Positions 32,492 to 43,387 of a stretch of 60,812 nucleotides of DNA are shown one piece after another; position 1 is the stretch's first letter; each line of letters opens with the position of its first letter. The stretch spans positions 1 through 60,812 of the forward strand of contig JAZQZH010000010.1 of the NCBI GenBank assembly GCA_045633945.1. Direction: 5' to 3'. The notes under the pieces were generated by a model. The model was not told where the DNA came from. It made no database searches and was given only the letters and a program-made list of their open reading frames with translations. Made by a program: the position numbers and the translations under genes. This DNA is from Alphaproteobacteria bacterium (GTDB taxonomy: Bacteria > Pseudomonadota > Alphaproteobacteria > RF32 > CAG-239).

Positions 32492-32542
32492 CTCCGTTTT
32501 AGTCCGTTAAAAAGTGCCGGACAAGTAAGGTTAAATCCACAC
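32492..32542 (-). ncRNA. SAM-II (SAM-II/V class) riboswitch
   Basis: GUGU-GGAUUUAACC...UUGUCCG-GCAC...AACGGACUAAAACGGAG matches the SAM-II H-pseudoknot consensus, directly 5' of metK and ending at the SD. Confidence 0.85.
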
Positions 32543-32574
32543 AAAGAGTTTTATCTCTTCATATAGATTTAAAT

Positions 32575-33273
32575 TTATTTATTAGTGTTTGTCAATCTTT
32601 TTTTAGTTTTAGCTTTTGCTTCATTTGGTAATACAATTCCGCATGAAACAACGTATTTTAAGGCGTCTTCTACACTCATCTGTAATTTTATAACCTCATT
32701 TTCTGGCACTAAAACTAAAAATCCAGATGTGGGGTTTGGTGTTGTTGGAACAAAAATGCTAAGAAGATTGTCTTTTGTTGGTGTTTTTTCTTGGAGTTCG
32801 GGGGAAGATGTGCCAGCTAAAAATCCAATAATCCAGATATCTTTTCTTGGATATTCAATGAGAACCGCCTCTTTAAAAGATTGCGATTTTGAAGATAAAA
32901 CAGTTTCAAATAGTTGTTTAAGTAATGAATATATACTAGAGATTAAAGGCATTTTTGATACTATAAAATCCCCTAAGCGAACGAAAAATTTGCCAATAAA
33001 ACCTGTTGTAAACATTCCTATTAAAATAAGACCTAAAATTAGTATAGCTACACCAATTCCAGGGATGTAGTATAATAGATTATCTTTTCCTACTTGTTCT
33101 GGGATTAAAGATCGACTCCATTTGTCTGTCCATATAAATAATTCATATGCCATATAAAATGTTATGAGAATTGGGGCGGTAACCAAAATGCCCGTGAAAA
33201 GGTAGGTTTTTAGTTTTGATAAAACGAATCCAAAAAAGTTTGGTTTGTTTGTGGTGCTTGCATTTTTTTTCAT
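32575..33273 (-). CDS. DUF502 domain membrane protein
   Basis: TGILVTAPI, VLIEYPR, FVPTTPNPTSGF. Confidence 0.92.
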   Translation of the reverse strand: MKKNASTTNKPNFFGFVLSKLKTYLFTGILVTAPILITFYMAYELFIWTDKWSRSLIPEQVGKDNLLYYIPGIGVAILILGLILIGMFTTGFIGKFFVRLGDFIVSKMPLISSIYSLLKQLFETVLSSKSQSFKEAVLIEYPRKDIWIIGFLAGTSSPELQEKTPTKDNLLSIFVPTTPNPTSGFLVLVPENEVIKLQMSVEDALKYVVSCGIVLPNEAKAKTKKRLTNTNK

Positions 33274-35040
33274 TTAAGACCTCTTAATATCTGTAATCAT
33301 AAATTGGAGTGATGTTGTGTTGTTCCACTTATTAAAACGTAGGTTTCCAACAACATCATAACAGCAATTTGTGTTGCTTAATATTGTTTTTCCCATTTCT
33401 GTATCAGCAATTTTAAAAGCAATTGCAGGGAGACGATTTGTGGTTAAATCTGTTAATTCACACTTAATGTGTCCTTGTCCGATAATGTATGGCTTTTTTA
33501 TGTAAACATTACGAATTAAAATTGTTGGTTCTGGATTTGATGTGCCAAAAGGTTTTAATTTCTCTATTTCTTGGCATAGAGTGTTGTTTGCTGCGGTTAA
33601 AGCAATGCTCAAATCAATATTAATTATGGGATTTGGAGATGCATTGTTTAGAGATGATGCAATATATTCTCCGGCAAAGGATTTAAATAATGGTATTTGC
33701 TCTTCTGTTAGAGAAAATCCAGCAGCCATTGTGTGTCCTCCGCCTTTAGTAATTATCCCTTTTTCTTTGGCGGCAATGATTAGAGCCCCTAAATCAACTC
33801 CAGCTATTGAACGAGCAGATCCTTTTACTTCATCATTTTCTATACTCATAACAAAAGCTGGGAGATTGTATCTTTCTTTTAATTTGCCTGCGACAATACC
33901 GATAACACCTTGATGCCAGTTATTGCTATATACAAATGCCATAGGATAAGCTTGTGGCGTTCCTTCTAGCATTTCAATTGATTGTTCTAGCACAAAACAT
34001 TCTATATCTTTGCGTTCTTGATTATAATTATTCATTTCGTCTGCTAGTGTTTTGGCTTCTATTGGATTTGATGTGCACAATAGACGACTACTGATGGAGG
34101 CTTTTCCTACTCTTCCGCAGGCATTTATTCTTGGTCCCAAAACAAAACCTAAATGATAAGTATCCGGTTTTTCGCTTACACTTGACATATCAAGTAATGT
34201 TTTTATGCCTAGGTTTTGGCGATTTGCCATGATTTTTAATCCTTGAGTTACAAATGCTCTATTTAACCCGATAAGAGGTACAACATCGCATACGCTACCG
34301 AGCGCGACAAGATCTAGCCACTGCATTAAGTTTGGCTCTGTTGTTGTGGAGTTATAAAATCCTTTTTCTCGTAGAGTTCTGTTTATGGCAACGATAGTCA
34401 TAAATACAACTCCTACGGCAGCCATGTATCCAAGATCTGGTCTTTCGTCATCTTGATCTAGTCGCTTTGGGTTTACAACGGAATATACTTTAGGGAGCTT
34501 TGTTTCTGCTTCGTGATGATCTAAAACAATAATATCTATATCTGTGGAGTATTTTTCTAGAATTTCAAATGCTGATGTTCCGCAATCTAATGTTAGTACT
34601 AATTGAGCTCCAAAATCTTGAAATTCATTAAAAGCAATATCACTTGGGCCATATCCTTCATCTCGTTCTGGAATGTGAATGATAGTTTGGGCGCCCACAT
34701 GGTTTAAAAATAACTTCATAATAGATGTTGATGTGGCTCCATCTACATCATAATCTCCGATGATGCCTATTTTTTCTTTATTTATGATGGCATTAGCAAT
34801 ACGCGTTGATGCTTTGTCCATATCTTTTAAGATACTTGGATTGGGCATTATAGTAGAAAGTTTCGGATTTAAAAAAAGATTAGCATCTTTAAGAGATATG
34901 TTTCTTAAATATAGCAATTTGGCAAGGTTTATTGATATATTTAATTCGCGAGAAAGAACTTCTGTTTGTAGTTCGTTTGCGTCTAAAATATTCCAAATAT
35001 TACCACTTAAGGATAATGTGTTATTTGTTATTTGTGTCAT
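33274..35040 (-). CDS. recJ: Single-stranded-DNA exonuclease RecJ
   Basis: GDYDVDGATS, LDCGT, LDHH, GPRINACGR, GSARS, GGGHTMAAG. Confidence 0.96.
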   Translation of the reverse strand: MTQITNNTLSLSGNIWNILDANELQTEVLSRELNISINLAKLLYLRNISLKDANLFLNPKLSTIMPNPSILKDMDKASTRIANAIINKEKIGIIGDYDVDGATSTSIMKLFLNHVGAQTIIHIPERDEGYGPSDIAFNEFQDFGAQLVLTLDCGTSAFEILEKYSTDIDIIVLDHHEAETKLPKVYSVVNPKRLDQDDERPDLGYMAAVGVVFMTIVAINRTLREKGFYNSTTTEPNLMQWLDLVALGSVCDVVPLIGLNRAFVTQGLKIMANRQNLGIKTLLDMSSVSEKPDTYHLGFVLGPRINACGRVGKASISSRLLCTSNPIEAKTLADEMNNYNQERKDIECFVLEQSIEMLEGTPQAYPMAFVYSNNWHQGVIGIVAGKLKERYNLPAFVMSIENDEVKGSARSIAGVDLGALIIAAKEKGIITKGGGHTMAAGFSLTEEQIPLFKSFAGEYIASSLNNASPNPIINIDLSIALTAANNTLCQEIEKLKPFGTSNPEPTILIRNVYIKKPYIIGQGHIKCELTDLTTNRLPAIAFKIADTEMGKTILSNTNCCYDVVGNLRFNKWNNTTSLQFMITDIKRS

Positions 35041-35117
35041 CTCTTTTTCCTAATCTGTTAATATTTTATGGGAGTTATGGAATGAAAACAAGTTATTTGT
35101 TTGCAGTGTTGACAAGT

Positions 35118-36719
35118 TTAATAATTATTATTTATCCAATATCTGCTTTGCATCATTCCGTCATAGGAAAGAGTTAATATAATAGTGTTTTCGTCAATAA
35201 ATATTGCATTGTTTTGTGGCCAGGGGGTAGAGGTCTTTGTTATATATTGATATAAATTGTCTGTCATAGTTATTTCTGATGGATGAATATATCGCCAGAA
35301 AATATCAAAATCTTTTCCAAAAAAGTCTGTTGGTGTGTAAAATTTATAGGCTTTAGATGGTAGATGCCATGGAACATATGGGGCGGTTAAAGTATAGCCA
35401 TCTGGTTTTTCAAATTGATTTTTTGTAATGTAGAATCTTGATCTAAAATCTGTTGTTCCGCCTTGTATGAAAGTGTATTTTTGGTTTGGATTAAATGTTG
35501 GCTTTTTTTCTATGTCGTTTATTATGCGATTGGAAAGATTGGCCTCTGATTTAAAGCCTAAATTCCATACTTTTGCAGCATAGCTTAGGGTGTTTATATT
35601 AATGAAAATTAGTATAATACAGATTAATTGTGCGAGGTTTTTTAATAGTGTGTTTTGGCTTTTTATTAGTGTGATTAATGCAAAAGCATATATGTAGAGA
35701 AGGCCAAAGAACTCAATTCTTGGTTCATATACTACAAAATGTACATTTTCTGCTATGAGTATTGTTAATACTGTAGAAATTAGTAGTCCTAATATGCTTA
35801 AAGTCAATGTTGTAAGATGTAATATATTTTTGGGAGCGTGTATATAAAGAGATATAAGTGATAATAGTACTATACATAAATTAAGGTATTTGAATGTATA
35901 ACCAATAAATGTTTTTGTTGTTGTAAATTGTTTAAACGAAATTATGAATATGTGATATAATTTTTGAGGTAAATCTGTAAGGTTTAATTGGGCGGTGTTG
36001 TATGTTGGTTGTTGTAAATTATACTTTTTTAGGTAGTATTGGATAATTAAAACACCTATTAGTGATAGTAATATAGTAATTATTGTTGGAATATTTTTTT
36101 TGATGATATGTTTTATAGTTAGTTTATTAAAGCAGGTATCATTTATTATTAAAATGAAGAAAATTAGTGAAATTAAATTTATTACTGGAGGATAGCCGCC
36201 AATTGCCAATAAGAAAAATAGTGATGCAAAAATTCTTGTTATTAGAGGATGTTCGCTTGTTTTAGCATTTGATAGAAATATAAAAGCAAGTATTATAAAA
36301 AAAGGCCACGATAGACAGCTTAGCGTTATAAATGCGAAATATAGCCACGATATGATGTATGGAGATGTAGTTATAAATAGGGATATTAATAAAAATGGTA
36401 TTTTGTTTTCAGGTAGTTTCAGTAATTTTAATAATAAAAAAGAGCTAGCTGAATAAAATCCTAGAGCTAAAATCATTGTAAAGATGGGAAGAATGCGTCC
36501 ATCTGAAAAAGTGTTTTGAAGTATAAATTGCGAAAATCTTCCTTCAAATAATCCGCTGAGAAGTGGTGTATTGTGTTGTATCCAGCTCCAATCATGATTT
36601 CCCCAAAGAAAATAAAACATAAAATGTGAGTGTGAAAGGAGAGTTAACATAAAAAGAGTTAGCCAATTTTTTATAAAAAAAGTATTGAAAGTTTTGGGTA
36701 ACAGCTTTGTTTCTGCCAT
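35118..36719 (-). CDS. GtrII-like (GT-C fold) membrane glycosyltransferase, paralog 3
   Basis: WGNHDW, GLFEGRFSQ, DGRILP, GGYPP, TPWP..AIFID. Confidence 0.7.
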   Translation of the reverse strand: MAETKLLPKTFNTFFIKNWLTLFMLTLLSHSHFMFYFLWGNHDWSWIQHNTPLLSGLFEGRFSQFILQNTFSDGRILPIFTMILALGFYSASSFLLLKLLKLPENKIPFLLISLFITTSPYIISWLYFAFITLSCLSWPFFIILAFIFLSNAKTSEHPLITRIFASLFFLLAIGGYPPVINLISLIFFILIINDTCFNKLTIKHIIKKNIPTIITILLSLIGVLIIQYYLKKYNLQQPTYNTAQLNLTDLPQKLYHIFIISFKQFTTTKTFIGYTFKYLNLCIVLLSLISLYIHAPKNILHLTTLTLSILGLLISTVLTILIAENVHFVVYEPRIEFFGLLYIYAFALITLIKSQNTLLKNLAQLICIILIFININTLSYAAKVWNLGFKSEANLSNRIINDIEKKPTFNPNQKYTFIQGGTTDFRSRFYITKNQFEKPDGYTLTAPYVPWHLPSKAYKFYTPTDFFGKDFDIFWRYIHPSEITMTDNLYQYITKTSTPWPQNNAIFIDENTIILTLSYDGMMQSRYWINNNY

Positions 36720-36724
36720 GTTTG

Positions 36725-37678
36725 TTATTCCAATATTTTATCTATGATGTATAATGGACGATTTTTTACCTCAACAAAAATGCTTGCAATGTATTCACCA
36801 ATAATACCCATAAATAAGATTGTTATACCACTAAAGAATATTATAACAGACATTAGAGAAGTCCACCCTATAATGGTCGAACCGTTGAAATAAGCATATA
36901 TCGTCCAGAGCATTAAGATGAAACTAAAAATAGATATTAATATACCACATAAGGTGATGAAATGCAGTGGTACAGCAGAAAAACTAGAAATACCTTTTAG
37001 CGCAAATAAAACCATCTTTTTTAGAGGATACTTAGTTACGCCGGCATCACGCTTTTTACGATCATAATATACGTTGGTAGATTTGAAACCAATTAATGGA
37101 ACAATAGCGCGTAAAAATAGATTTTTTTCTTTAAATTCTGATAGAGTGTCAATAGCACGTTTGCTTAATAGACGAAAATCAGCATGATTCGAAACTAGTT
37201 CAACTCCGAGGAATTTCATAAGTTTGTAAAACCATATAGCAGTATTTCTTTTGAATGCGCTATCTGTGTCTCTTCTTTTTCTTACACCATATACAACCTC
37301 AAATCCTTCATTGTATTTTATAATCATATCTTTGATAACGTTTATGTCGTCTTGAAGATCTGCATCAATGGTTATGTATGCGTCTTTTTTGATACTATAT
37401 AGTCCTGCTAGTAAAGCTTCTTGATGGCCGAAGTTGCGAGATAGGGAAATACCTTTTATATGAGAGTTTTTTTGATGTTCTTTAGATATTATTTCCCAAG
37501 TTTTATCTTTTGAACCGTCATTTACAAAAACAAGACAACTTTCATCTGAGATGAGATGCTCGTCTATTAGTGAACAAAGCAACTTATCAAGTTTTTTTAT
37601 GCTACTTGGTAAAATTTCTTCTTCATTGAAGCAAGGTACTATAATTGCTAAATCAGTTGTTTTCATGTCTATTTCCAT
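36725..37678 (-). CDS. GtrB-like bactoprenol glycosyltransferase (GT2)
   Basis: PCFNEE, NDGSKD, SRNFGHQ, DADLQD, ADFRLL, two C-terminal TMs, GEYI...EVKNRPLY. Confidence 0.93.
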   Translation of the reverse strand: MEIDMKTTDLAIIVPCFNEEEILPSSIKKLDKLLCSLIDEHLISDESCLVFVNDGSKDKTWEIISKEHQKNSHIKGISLSRNFGHQEALLAGLYSIKKDAYITIDADLQDDINVIKDMIIKYNEGFEVVYGVRKRRDTDSAFKRNTAIWFYKLMKFLGVELVSNHADFRLLSKRAIDTLSEFKEKNLFLRAIVPLIGFKSTNVYYDRKKRDAGVTKYPLKKMVLFALKGISSFSAVPLHFITLCGILISIFSFILMLWTIYAYFNGSTIIGWTSLMSVIIFFSGITILFMGIIGEYIASIFVEVKNRPLYIIDKILE

Positions 37679-37736
37679 AATTTTAGTTGCTATGTTGTAT
37701 TATTAACATAAAAAAATTAATTTTTTTATTAAAAAT

Positions 37737-39302
37737 TTAGTTATGGGGATAAAGTTGTTGTACTTTGTATTTTAGCTCATTTAAGCCATAATAATTATAT
37801 ATTACGATAATAATATTATCTGTTATAATTATTGAATTTTCATGGGGCCAAGGAGTTGCTTTGTTAATAATGAAATCATAAACTTCTGGAGTGATATCAG
37901 ATGGAAAGATGTATGAAGGGTGTTTGATATAATTAAATGGAGAGTAAAATTGTACTAGATTATCACCTTGCCACATTGCAAGATATGGTAGAGAGTGCAA
38001 AAATACATCATCTTGTTTGAAGTTACCGTTGTAGAAAGATGGACGTAAAGAAATGTCTCCCGCTTGATAGAATCGGTATGTTTTATTTTTATTAAAATTT
38101 GGGTGACTTTCTATTTTTTCCACAACACTGTCTAGTATTTGAAATTCTGCGTCAAAACCTTGTTTCCAAACTTTTTGGGCGTAAATATCATTTAGAATAT
38201 TAAAACATATAAGAGTAATGCCAAGTAATATTGCGATGCTTTCAAATATCTTAGGTTGTAAATTTAGTAGCAGTAATAAAAAGAATGTATAAAGAAATCC
38301 AAAGCCAAAGAAGTCAATTCTTGATACATATTGTGTTGCAGGAACTACTAGGAAAGTTGTTAGTGAGGTTAACCAAATGGTTGTTACTATCAAAAACAGT
38401 ATAAAACATTTATCTTTTATATTTTTTGGTGTGAAAATTGTTCCTAATATGGCAATAAAACTCATTATGAATAATGTAAGTTTGTAGCCAATCTCCATAA
38501 AAGGAACTGTTATGAAGAACTGTGCAAATGCTATTTTTATGGTTGATATAAACTTTTGAGGGAGCTCGCTTATTGGTGTTGTTTCTAAATTATAAACGTT
38601 ATCATGGCTTATAAGTAAAAGACTTAGTTTAAATAAAATTGCGGCTATAAATATGTTTAATATGGTATACTTATGGATATGAAATAATTCTTTTATTGTT
38701 TGTTTTTCAAATAAATACGATAGAGTTATTTTTGCTGATAGACATACAAAAAAAGTATTTATGATAGGAGGATATCCACCTAATGGTAAATAAAAGCATA
38801 TTATTGAAATTATGGATAATAAAAACTTGTGATTAGAATTTTTTATATAGGAAGATAAATGAAGCCCCAAAATTGCAAAAAAAGTCCATAATAAACAGCT
38901 AATAGTGATAAATGTAAAATAAACCCATGAAAGAGTATATGGTTGAGTTGCAAAAAAAGAAATAAATAGAATATAGTTTAAAGTTGATTTTTTTAGTTTC
39001 CAGTAACGAGCAAGAACAAATAAAGCTAGAGTTAAAAAGAAGAATCCAATGAGGTTGTTTAATATTGGTAGTATTTGTCCGTTAACAAACAGTCTATATG
39101 GAATAAACTGTGTGAATCTGCCTTCAAATAAACCTGAAGATAAGAGTAATTCTTCTTTGATAAATTTTACATCGTGATTTCCCCACATAAAGTTTAGTGA
39201 GTGAAATAAAAATGCGAAGTTAATAATCAAAAAGCTTATTGTTAGTGCTTTTATGTCATCTTTATCTATATCTAATGAGAAATGTTGTAATAATCTTTTC
39301 AT
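37737..39302 (-). CDS. GtrII-like (GT-C fold) membrane glycosyltransferase, paralog 4
   Basis: WGNHD, GLFEGRFTQ, GQILP, GGYPP, ATPWP. Confidence 0.7.
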   Translation of the reverse strand: MKRLLQHFSLDIDKDDIKALTISFLIINFAFLFHSLNFMWGNHDVKFIKEELLLSSGLFEGRFTQFIPYRLFVNGQILPILNNLIGFFFLTLALFVLARYWKLKKSTLNYILFISFFATQPYTLSWVYFTFITISCLLWTFFAILGLHLSSYIKNSNHKFLLSIISIICFYLPLGGYPPIINTFFVCLSAKITLSYLFEKQTIKELFHIHKYTILNIFIAAILFKLSLLLISHDNVYNLETTPISELPQKFISTIKIAFAQFFITVPFMEIGYKLTLFIMSFIAILGTIFTPKNIKDKCFILFLIVTTIWLTSLTTFLVVPATQYVSRIDFFGFGFLYTFFLLLLLNLQPKIFESIAILLGITLICFNILNDIYAQKVWKQGFDAEFQILDSVVEKIESHPNFNKNKTYRFYQAGDISLRPSFYNGNFKQDDVFLHSLPYLAMWQGDNLVQFYSPFNYIKHPSYIFPSDITPEVYDFIINKATPWPHENSIIITDNIIIVIYNYYGLNELKYKVQQLYPHN

Positions 39303-40900
39303 TGTCGTCCTTGTAATAAAGATTTAAACTGTGTTTGTAAGTTTGTTTTACCATCATGTGTTAAGGCTATTATAATGTTGCTGTTATCAATATATAGAGA
39401 GTTTTTTGAAGGCCATGTTTGAATTTTTGTTAAGAGGAAATCTTCCATGCTATATGGGATATTGTTTGCATTAATTGAAGCTCCAGATTGCACGAAGTCA
39501 CTGATGGAATAAAAATTGTGAAATTCATTTGGTATCCAATAACGAACAAATGGAATATTTATTGTGTAATAACCATATTTTTCTAGATAACTTGGTTGAT
39601 AATATCTTGAACGTAATGGAAGTTCTCCTACTTGTGTTAGGGTATAATATTTTTTTGTATTATAGGTAGGAGATGATTTTATAGATTGGTTTATTCTTTC
39701 TAATAATTTTATTTCAGAAGAAAAGCCTAAAAGCTGTACTTTTGAGTAATATAAATTGGCTTTTATATTTATAAATAGCAGTATTATAGAAAATATAAAA
39801 AATATATTTTGAATGAATTTTTGTGTATTTTTTAAGAAAAAATGTAAATAAAATAATATAAAGCAAGGAGCTGAAAAGAAATCTGCTCTGACCATATATG
39901 CAATAGGGTCATATTGAGGAAAATATCCGTCTTCGGTTTCGTTTGTGAGTATTGCAGAAAATTTTAAGGATAAAAATATTGCTAAAATAAAAAGCAGATT
40001 AATAAAAAAATTTGTTATGTTTTGGGATTTATTTAGTATGTAGTATATAAATGTGATAGAGCCTATGCCTGTTATTAATTTGTAGCTTAGGCTAAAGAAT
40101 GGTTGAGGTTGGAATAAGCTATGTATTGATTGTAAAAAAACAGTTGGAATTTTGATAAAGATTTCTTTTATGCCTATGATGTTATTATTGTATAAATTTA
40201 TCATAATGTTATGGGATTGTAGGTATTTGTAAACAATATATAAGCAAGCAAAAGATATGATTAGGCTAATAACAAAAGGTATCGACTTGTATAATGTTTT
40301 TTTAAAATTAGCATGTAAAGAATAGTCTTGAAAAATATATAATACAGAGGCTGTTACAAAAAAATTTGCAGAGCAAGGGTATCCGCCAATACTTAAAAAT
40401 AGTAATAAAAAGCTAAATGTTGTATTTATAATGGGGTTAGTATTGGTGGCTTTTTGGGCAAATAGCAATGCAAAAGTTATACATAATGGCCAACAAAGTT
40501 GGCTAAAAACTATAAAATGGAAATATGTAATTTCGTTTATATAAGGAAGCGATGCAATAACAGATATGATTAAAAATGATTTTGTTGTTATAGGGAAATT
40601 AAAAAAACGTGTTGCGAGAATAACAATAGATAGAGTGTAGATAAGAAATCCTAAAAGAATATTTAGTATTGGTAAAATATGTCCATCTAAAAGGATTGTT
40701 AGAAAAAAATATTGGCTAAAACGTCCTTCTATTAGCCCCCCAAATAGATTGTTTCCATATAATATTGGAAGCCAATCATGATTTCCCCACATAAAGTTAT
40801 ATATTAAAGGTAGAAAGCCGAGTGATAAACAAAAGAAAGCACAAAACCATAGTTTTAGCATTGATGTTGAGAAGTATTTTATTTTTTTTAATTTTAACAT
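39299..40900 (-). CDS. GtrII-like (GT-C fold) membrane glycosyltransferase, paralog 5
   Basis: WGNHDW, GLIEGRFSQ, DGHILP, GGYP, TWP..SLYID; start moved to 40900 to avoid overlap with the DUF192 gene. Confidence 0.7.
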   Translation of the reverse strand: MLKLKKIKYFSTSMLKLWFCAFFCLSLGFLPLIYNFMWGNHDWLPILYGNNLFGGLIEGRFSQYFFLTILLDGHILPILNILLGFLIYTLSIVILATRFFNFPITTKSFLIISVIASLPYINEITYFHFIVFSQLCWPLCITFALLFAQKATNTNPIINTTFSFLLLFLSIGGYPCSANFFVTASVLYIFQDYSLHANFKKTLYKSIPFVISLIISFACLYIVYKYLQSHNIMINLYNNNIIGIKEIFIKIPTVFLQSIHSLFQPQPFFSLSYKLITGIGSITFIYYILNKSQNITNFFINLLFILAIFLSLKFSAILTNETEDGYFPQYDPIAYMVRADFFSAPCFILFYLHFFLKNTQKFIQNIFFIFSIILLFINIKANLYYSKVQLLGFSSEIKLLERINQSIKSSPTYNTKKYYTLTQVGELPLRSRYYQPSYLEKYGYYTINIPFVRYWIPNEFHNFYSISDFVQSGASINANNIPYSMEDFLLTKIQTWPSKNSLYIDNSNIIIALTHDGKTNLQTQFKSLLQGRQ

Positions 40901-40985
40901 AAATGTGGCTTTCTGTAACTGTTTATTTATGATTGACAGTTTAGGTGCAAAAAGGCTAATATATAGTAAATTTTGGAGATGTTTT

Positions 40986-41423
40986 ATGAAGTATTGTTTA
41001 TTTTTTTTGTTTCTATTTACTTGCTTTAGTCTTGAAGCTGAGGAATTATGTTTCAAAAATAAAGTATGTTATAATGTGGAAATTGCGCAAAAAGATGAAG
41101 AGCTTCAAAACGGATTAATGTGGGTTAAAGAGCTTTCATATAATAGAGGGATGCTATTTGATTTAAGAAGGTTTGATTCTAAAATGGTATCTATGTGGAT
41201 GAAAAATACATATATTGCTCTTGATATGGTTTTTATAGGGTGTGATAATGTTGTTAAGGATGTTTATGCGCAAGCAAAGCCTTTGTCTTTGGATATAATA
41301 AATAGCGATACTGACTTTTGTTATGTGTTAGAGATAAATGGTGGAATGTGTGAAAAAAATAATATTGTAGTAGGCGATGAAGTATTGTTTGATAATTTGA
41401 TAAAATATAAGTTGAATGTTTAA
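40986..41423 (+). CDS. DUF192 domain exported protein
   Basis: VEIA..GLM...GMLF...MWMKNT.I.LDMVFI...YVLEINGG; signal peptide from ATG 40986. Confidence 0.9.
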   Translation: MKYCLFFLFLFTCFSLEAEELCFKNKVCYNVEIAQKDEELQNGLMWVKELSYNRGMLFDLRRFDSKMVSMWMKNTYIALDMVFIGCDNVVKDVYAQAKPLSLDIINSDTDFCYVLEINGGMCEKNNIVVGDEVLFDNLIKYKLNV

Positions 41424-41448
41424 ATATCTATAAATAGAAGATTAAAAT

Positions 41449-41478
41449 AAAAAACACCGCAAAATTTACGGTGTTTTT
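41449..41478. terminator. Bidirectional terminator
   Basis: aaaaacaccg...cggtgttttt. Confidence 0.75.
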
Positions 41479-41480
41479 GT

Positions 41481-41702
41481 TTAGTCTTTGTGACGGAAGG
41501 TGATACGACCTTTAGTTAGATCATAAGGTGTCATTTCTATATCTACTTTATCGCCAACCATAACACGGATGCGGAATTTACGCATTTTACCGGCAGTGTG
41601 TGCTAAGATTTCAACGCCGTTTTCGAGTTTAACTCTGAACATTGCATTAGGAAGCTTTTCAATAACATCGCCAGTAAATTCTAAAAGTTCTTCTTTGCTC
41701 AT
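41481..41702 (-). CDS. infA: Translation initiation factor IF-1
   Basis: [33 protein letters not shown]. Confidence 0.98.
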   Translation of the reverse strand: MSKEELLEFTGDVIEKLPNAMFRVKLENGVEILAHTAGKMRKFRIRVMVGDKVDIEMTPYDLTKGRITFRHKD

Positions 41703-41750
41703 TTAAAAATCCTTAAATTATCTTTTTTTTGCTATATATACTGCAAAATA

Positions 41751-43382
41751 TTATTTTACAAGCATTTTTTGCGTTTTTTGTCGAGGAATTTTAATTTGGA
41801 AGGTAGTTCCTACATCTATATTGCTTGTTACAGAGATGGTTGCATTGAACTTTTGCAATAAGTCTTTAACTATTGCAAGCCCTAAACCTGTTCCCTTTTT
41901 TTCTCCTTGATTGTGTGTGGAATAAAAAGGTTCAAAGATGTGTTTTAGATCTTCTTTTTTTATGCCAAGACCGTTGTCTTTTATGTTTATTAGAATTTCT
42001 TCTTTGTTTGTGTTGGTTTTTATTTCTAGAATACCACCATTTGGCATTGCTTGAATAGCATTTTGTGTTAGATTTAATAATATCATTTTGAAGTCTGTTT
42101 CATTGCCTAAAATACTTTCTTTGATGTTTGAAAAATTTTTAACTAATTCTATTCCTTTACTTTTTATTTCATAGTCTAATAATGATAAAATGTCTGTAAT
42201 TGATGTAGTTATGTTTATTGTAGAGTTGTTATCAGACGATTGTGATAGCTTTAATAAGCGTTCAGGAATTTTAATACTTTCTTTTATTTGGTTTGATATC
42301 ATGGTTAGATATTTAGTTTCTTCAGATGTGTCGTTAGGGGAATTGTGGTATTTTAAGATTATTCCATCTAAAATAATATTTATTGCTCCAAGATTATTTT
42401 TTATTTCGTGGGCTAATGATGATGCAAGAAACCCTAAGGATGAAATTTTTTGTTGATGTGAGTAGTTTACGTTATCGCTTAGGTCGCGGATTGATTCAAT
42501 AATACAATATTGATTGTTTAAGATTAGGCGTGCAGAGTTTATGGATAACGGGCGGTTGTTTACTGAATGAATTATTTTTATAGTTGATTTGGTTGCTTTT
42601 TTTAATTCATTTAGTGGGCATAAATGTTGTGATGAGGAGCAAGGTGTTTTGTTGTCTTTTGAATATGCTTCATAGCACTTTGTTGATTTGCATAGATATT
42701 TGTTTTTTGCGAGATTTAAGTATGCTTTATTTGAAAGTATAATATTATAGTTGTCATCTATTACTCTAATTGCATCGGGGATTACATCAATTAAATTTTG
42801 CAAGAACATTTCTTTTTCTTTGATGTCGTTAATATTGTTTTCTATGTTGTTTAACATAAAATTTAGAGTATGCATGAGCGTATAAAACTCATCTGTTATT
42901 TTGGTTTTTGGAACATCTATTCTTTTTGAAAAATTACCATTTGCTACATCAACAGATAAGGAAATTAGTTTATCAATAGGTGCAATTATCCAACGTTTTA
43001 ATAGTAGCCATAATATAATTAGTAGAATGACTGTAAAAGCTGCGCATGTGGCAATTATGCGAAAATTTTCCATTAATGAAAGGTAATCTTTGTTGTAAGA
43101 GGTCATTAGCTCTTCATTTAATTTTTGTTCTCTTGATAACTCATCTTGTTTGGTGGATAATTGAACAGAGGAATTGGGTTGTAATGAGTTAATCTGGCGT
43201 CTTAGTGAGATGTTTTCGCGTAATAGTTCGATTACGTATTGGTTTCTTTGTAACAAAGATGTACGTTCACTTTGTATTTTTTTGCCCACGGTGTTGTCAA
43301 ATATGGTTAAGAAAACTCCTGAGCATAGTAATAAAAATACGATGATTGTTATGAAAAATTTTTTATTTAAGCTAAAAAACAT
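41751..43382 (-). CDS. Sensor histidine kinase (TM-HAMP-PAS-HisKA-HATPase)
   Basis: LAHEIKNNL H-box, NLTQNAIQA N-box, DNGLGI, FEPFYS, GTGLGL. Confidence 0.92.
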   Translation of the reverse strand: MFFSLNKKFFITIIVFLLLCSGVFLTIFDNTVGKKIQSERTSLLQRNQYVIELLRENISLRRQINSLQPNSSVQLSTKQDELSREQKLNEELMTSYNKDYLSLMENFRIIATCAAFTVILLIILWLLLKRWIIAPIDKLISLSVDVANGNFSKRIDVPKTKITDEFYTLMHTLNFMLNNIENNINDIKEKEMFLQNLIDVIPDAIRVIDDNYNIILSNKAYLNLAKNKYLCKSTKCYEAYSKDNKTPCSSSQHLCPLNELKKATKSTIKIIHSVNNRPLSINSARLILNNQYCIIESIRDLSDNVNYSHQQKISSLGFLASSLAHEIKNNLGAINIILDGIILKYHNSPNDTSEETKYLTMISNQIKESIKIPERLLKLSQSSDNNSTINITTSITDILSLLDYEIKSKGIELVKNFSNIKESILGNETDFKMILLNLTQNAIQAMPNGGILEIKTNTNKEEILINIKDNGLGIKKEDLKHIFEPFYSTHNQGEKKGTGLGLAIVKDLLQKFNATISVTSNIDVGTTFQIKIPRQKTQKMLVK

Positions 43383-43387
43383 CTTTA

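Noticed and set aside
40901-41056. N-terminal extension of the GT-C paralog and of the DUF192 ORF (apparent antisense overlap)
   Set aside because: Paralog lengths and the signal peptide place the starts at about 40900 and 40986, so the genes are simply divergent
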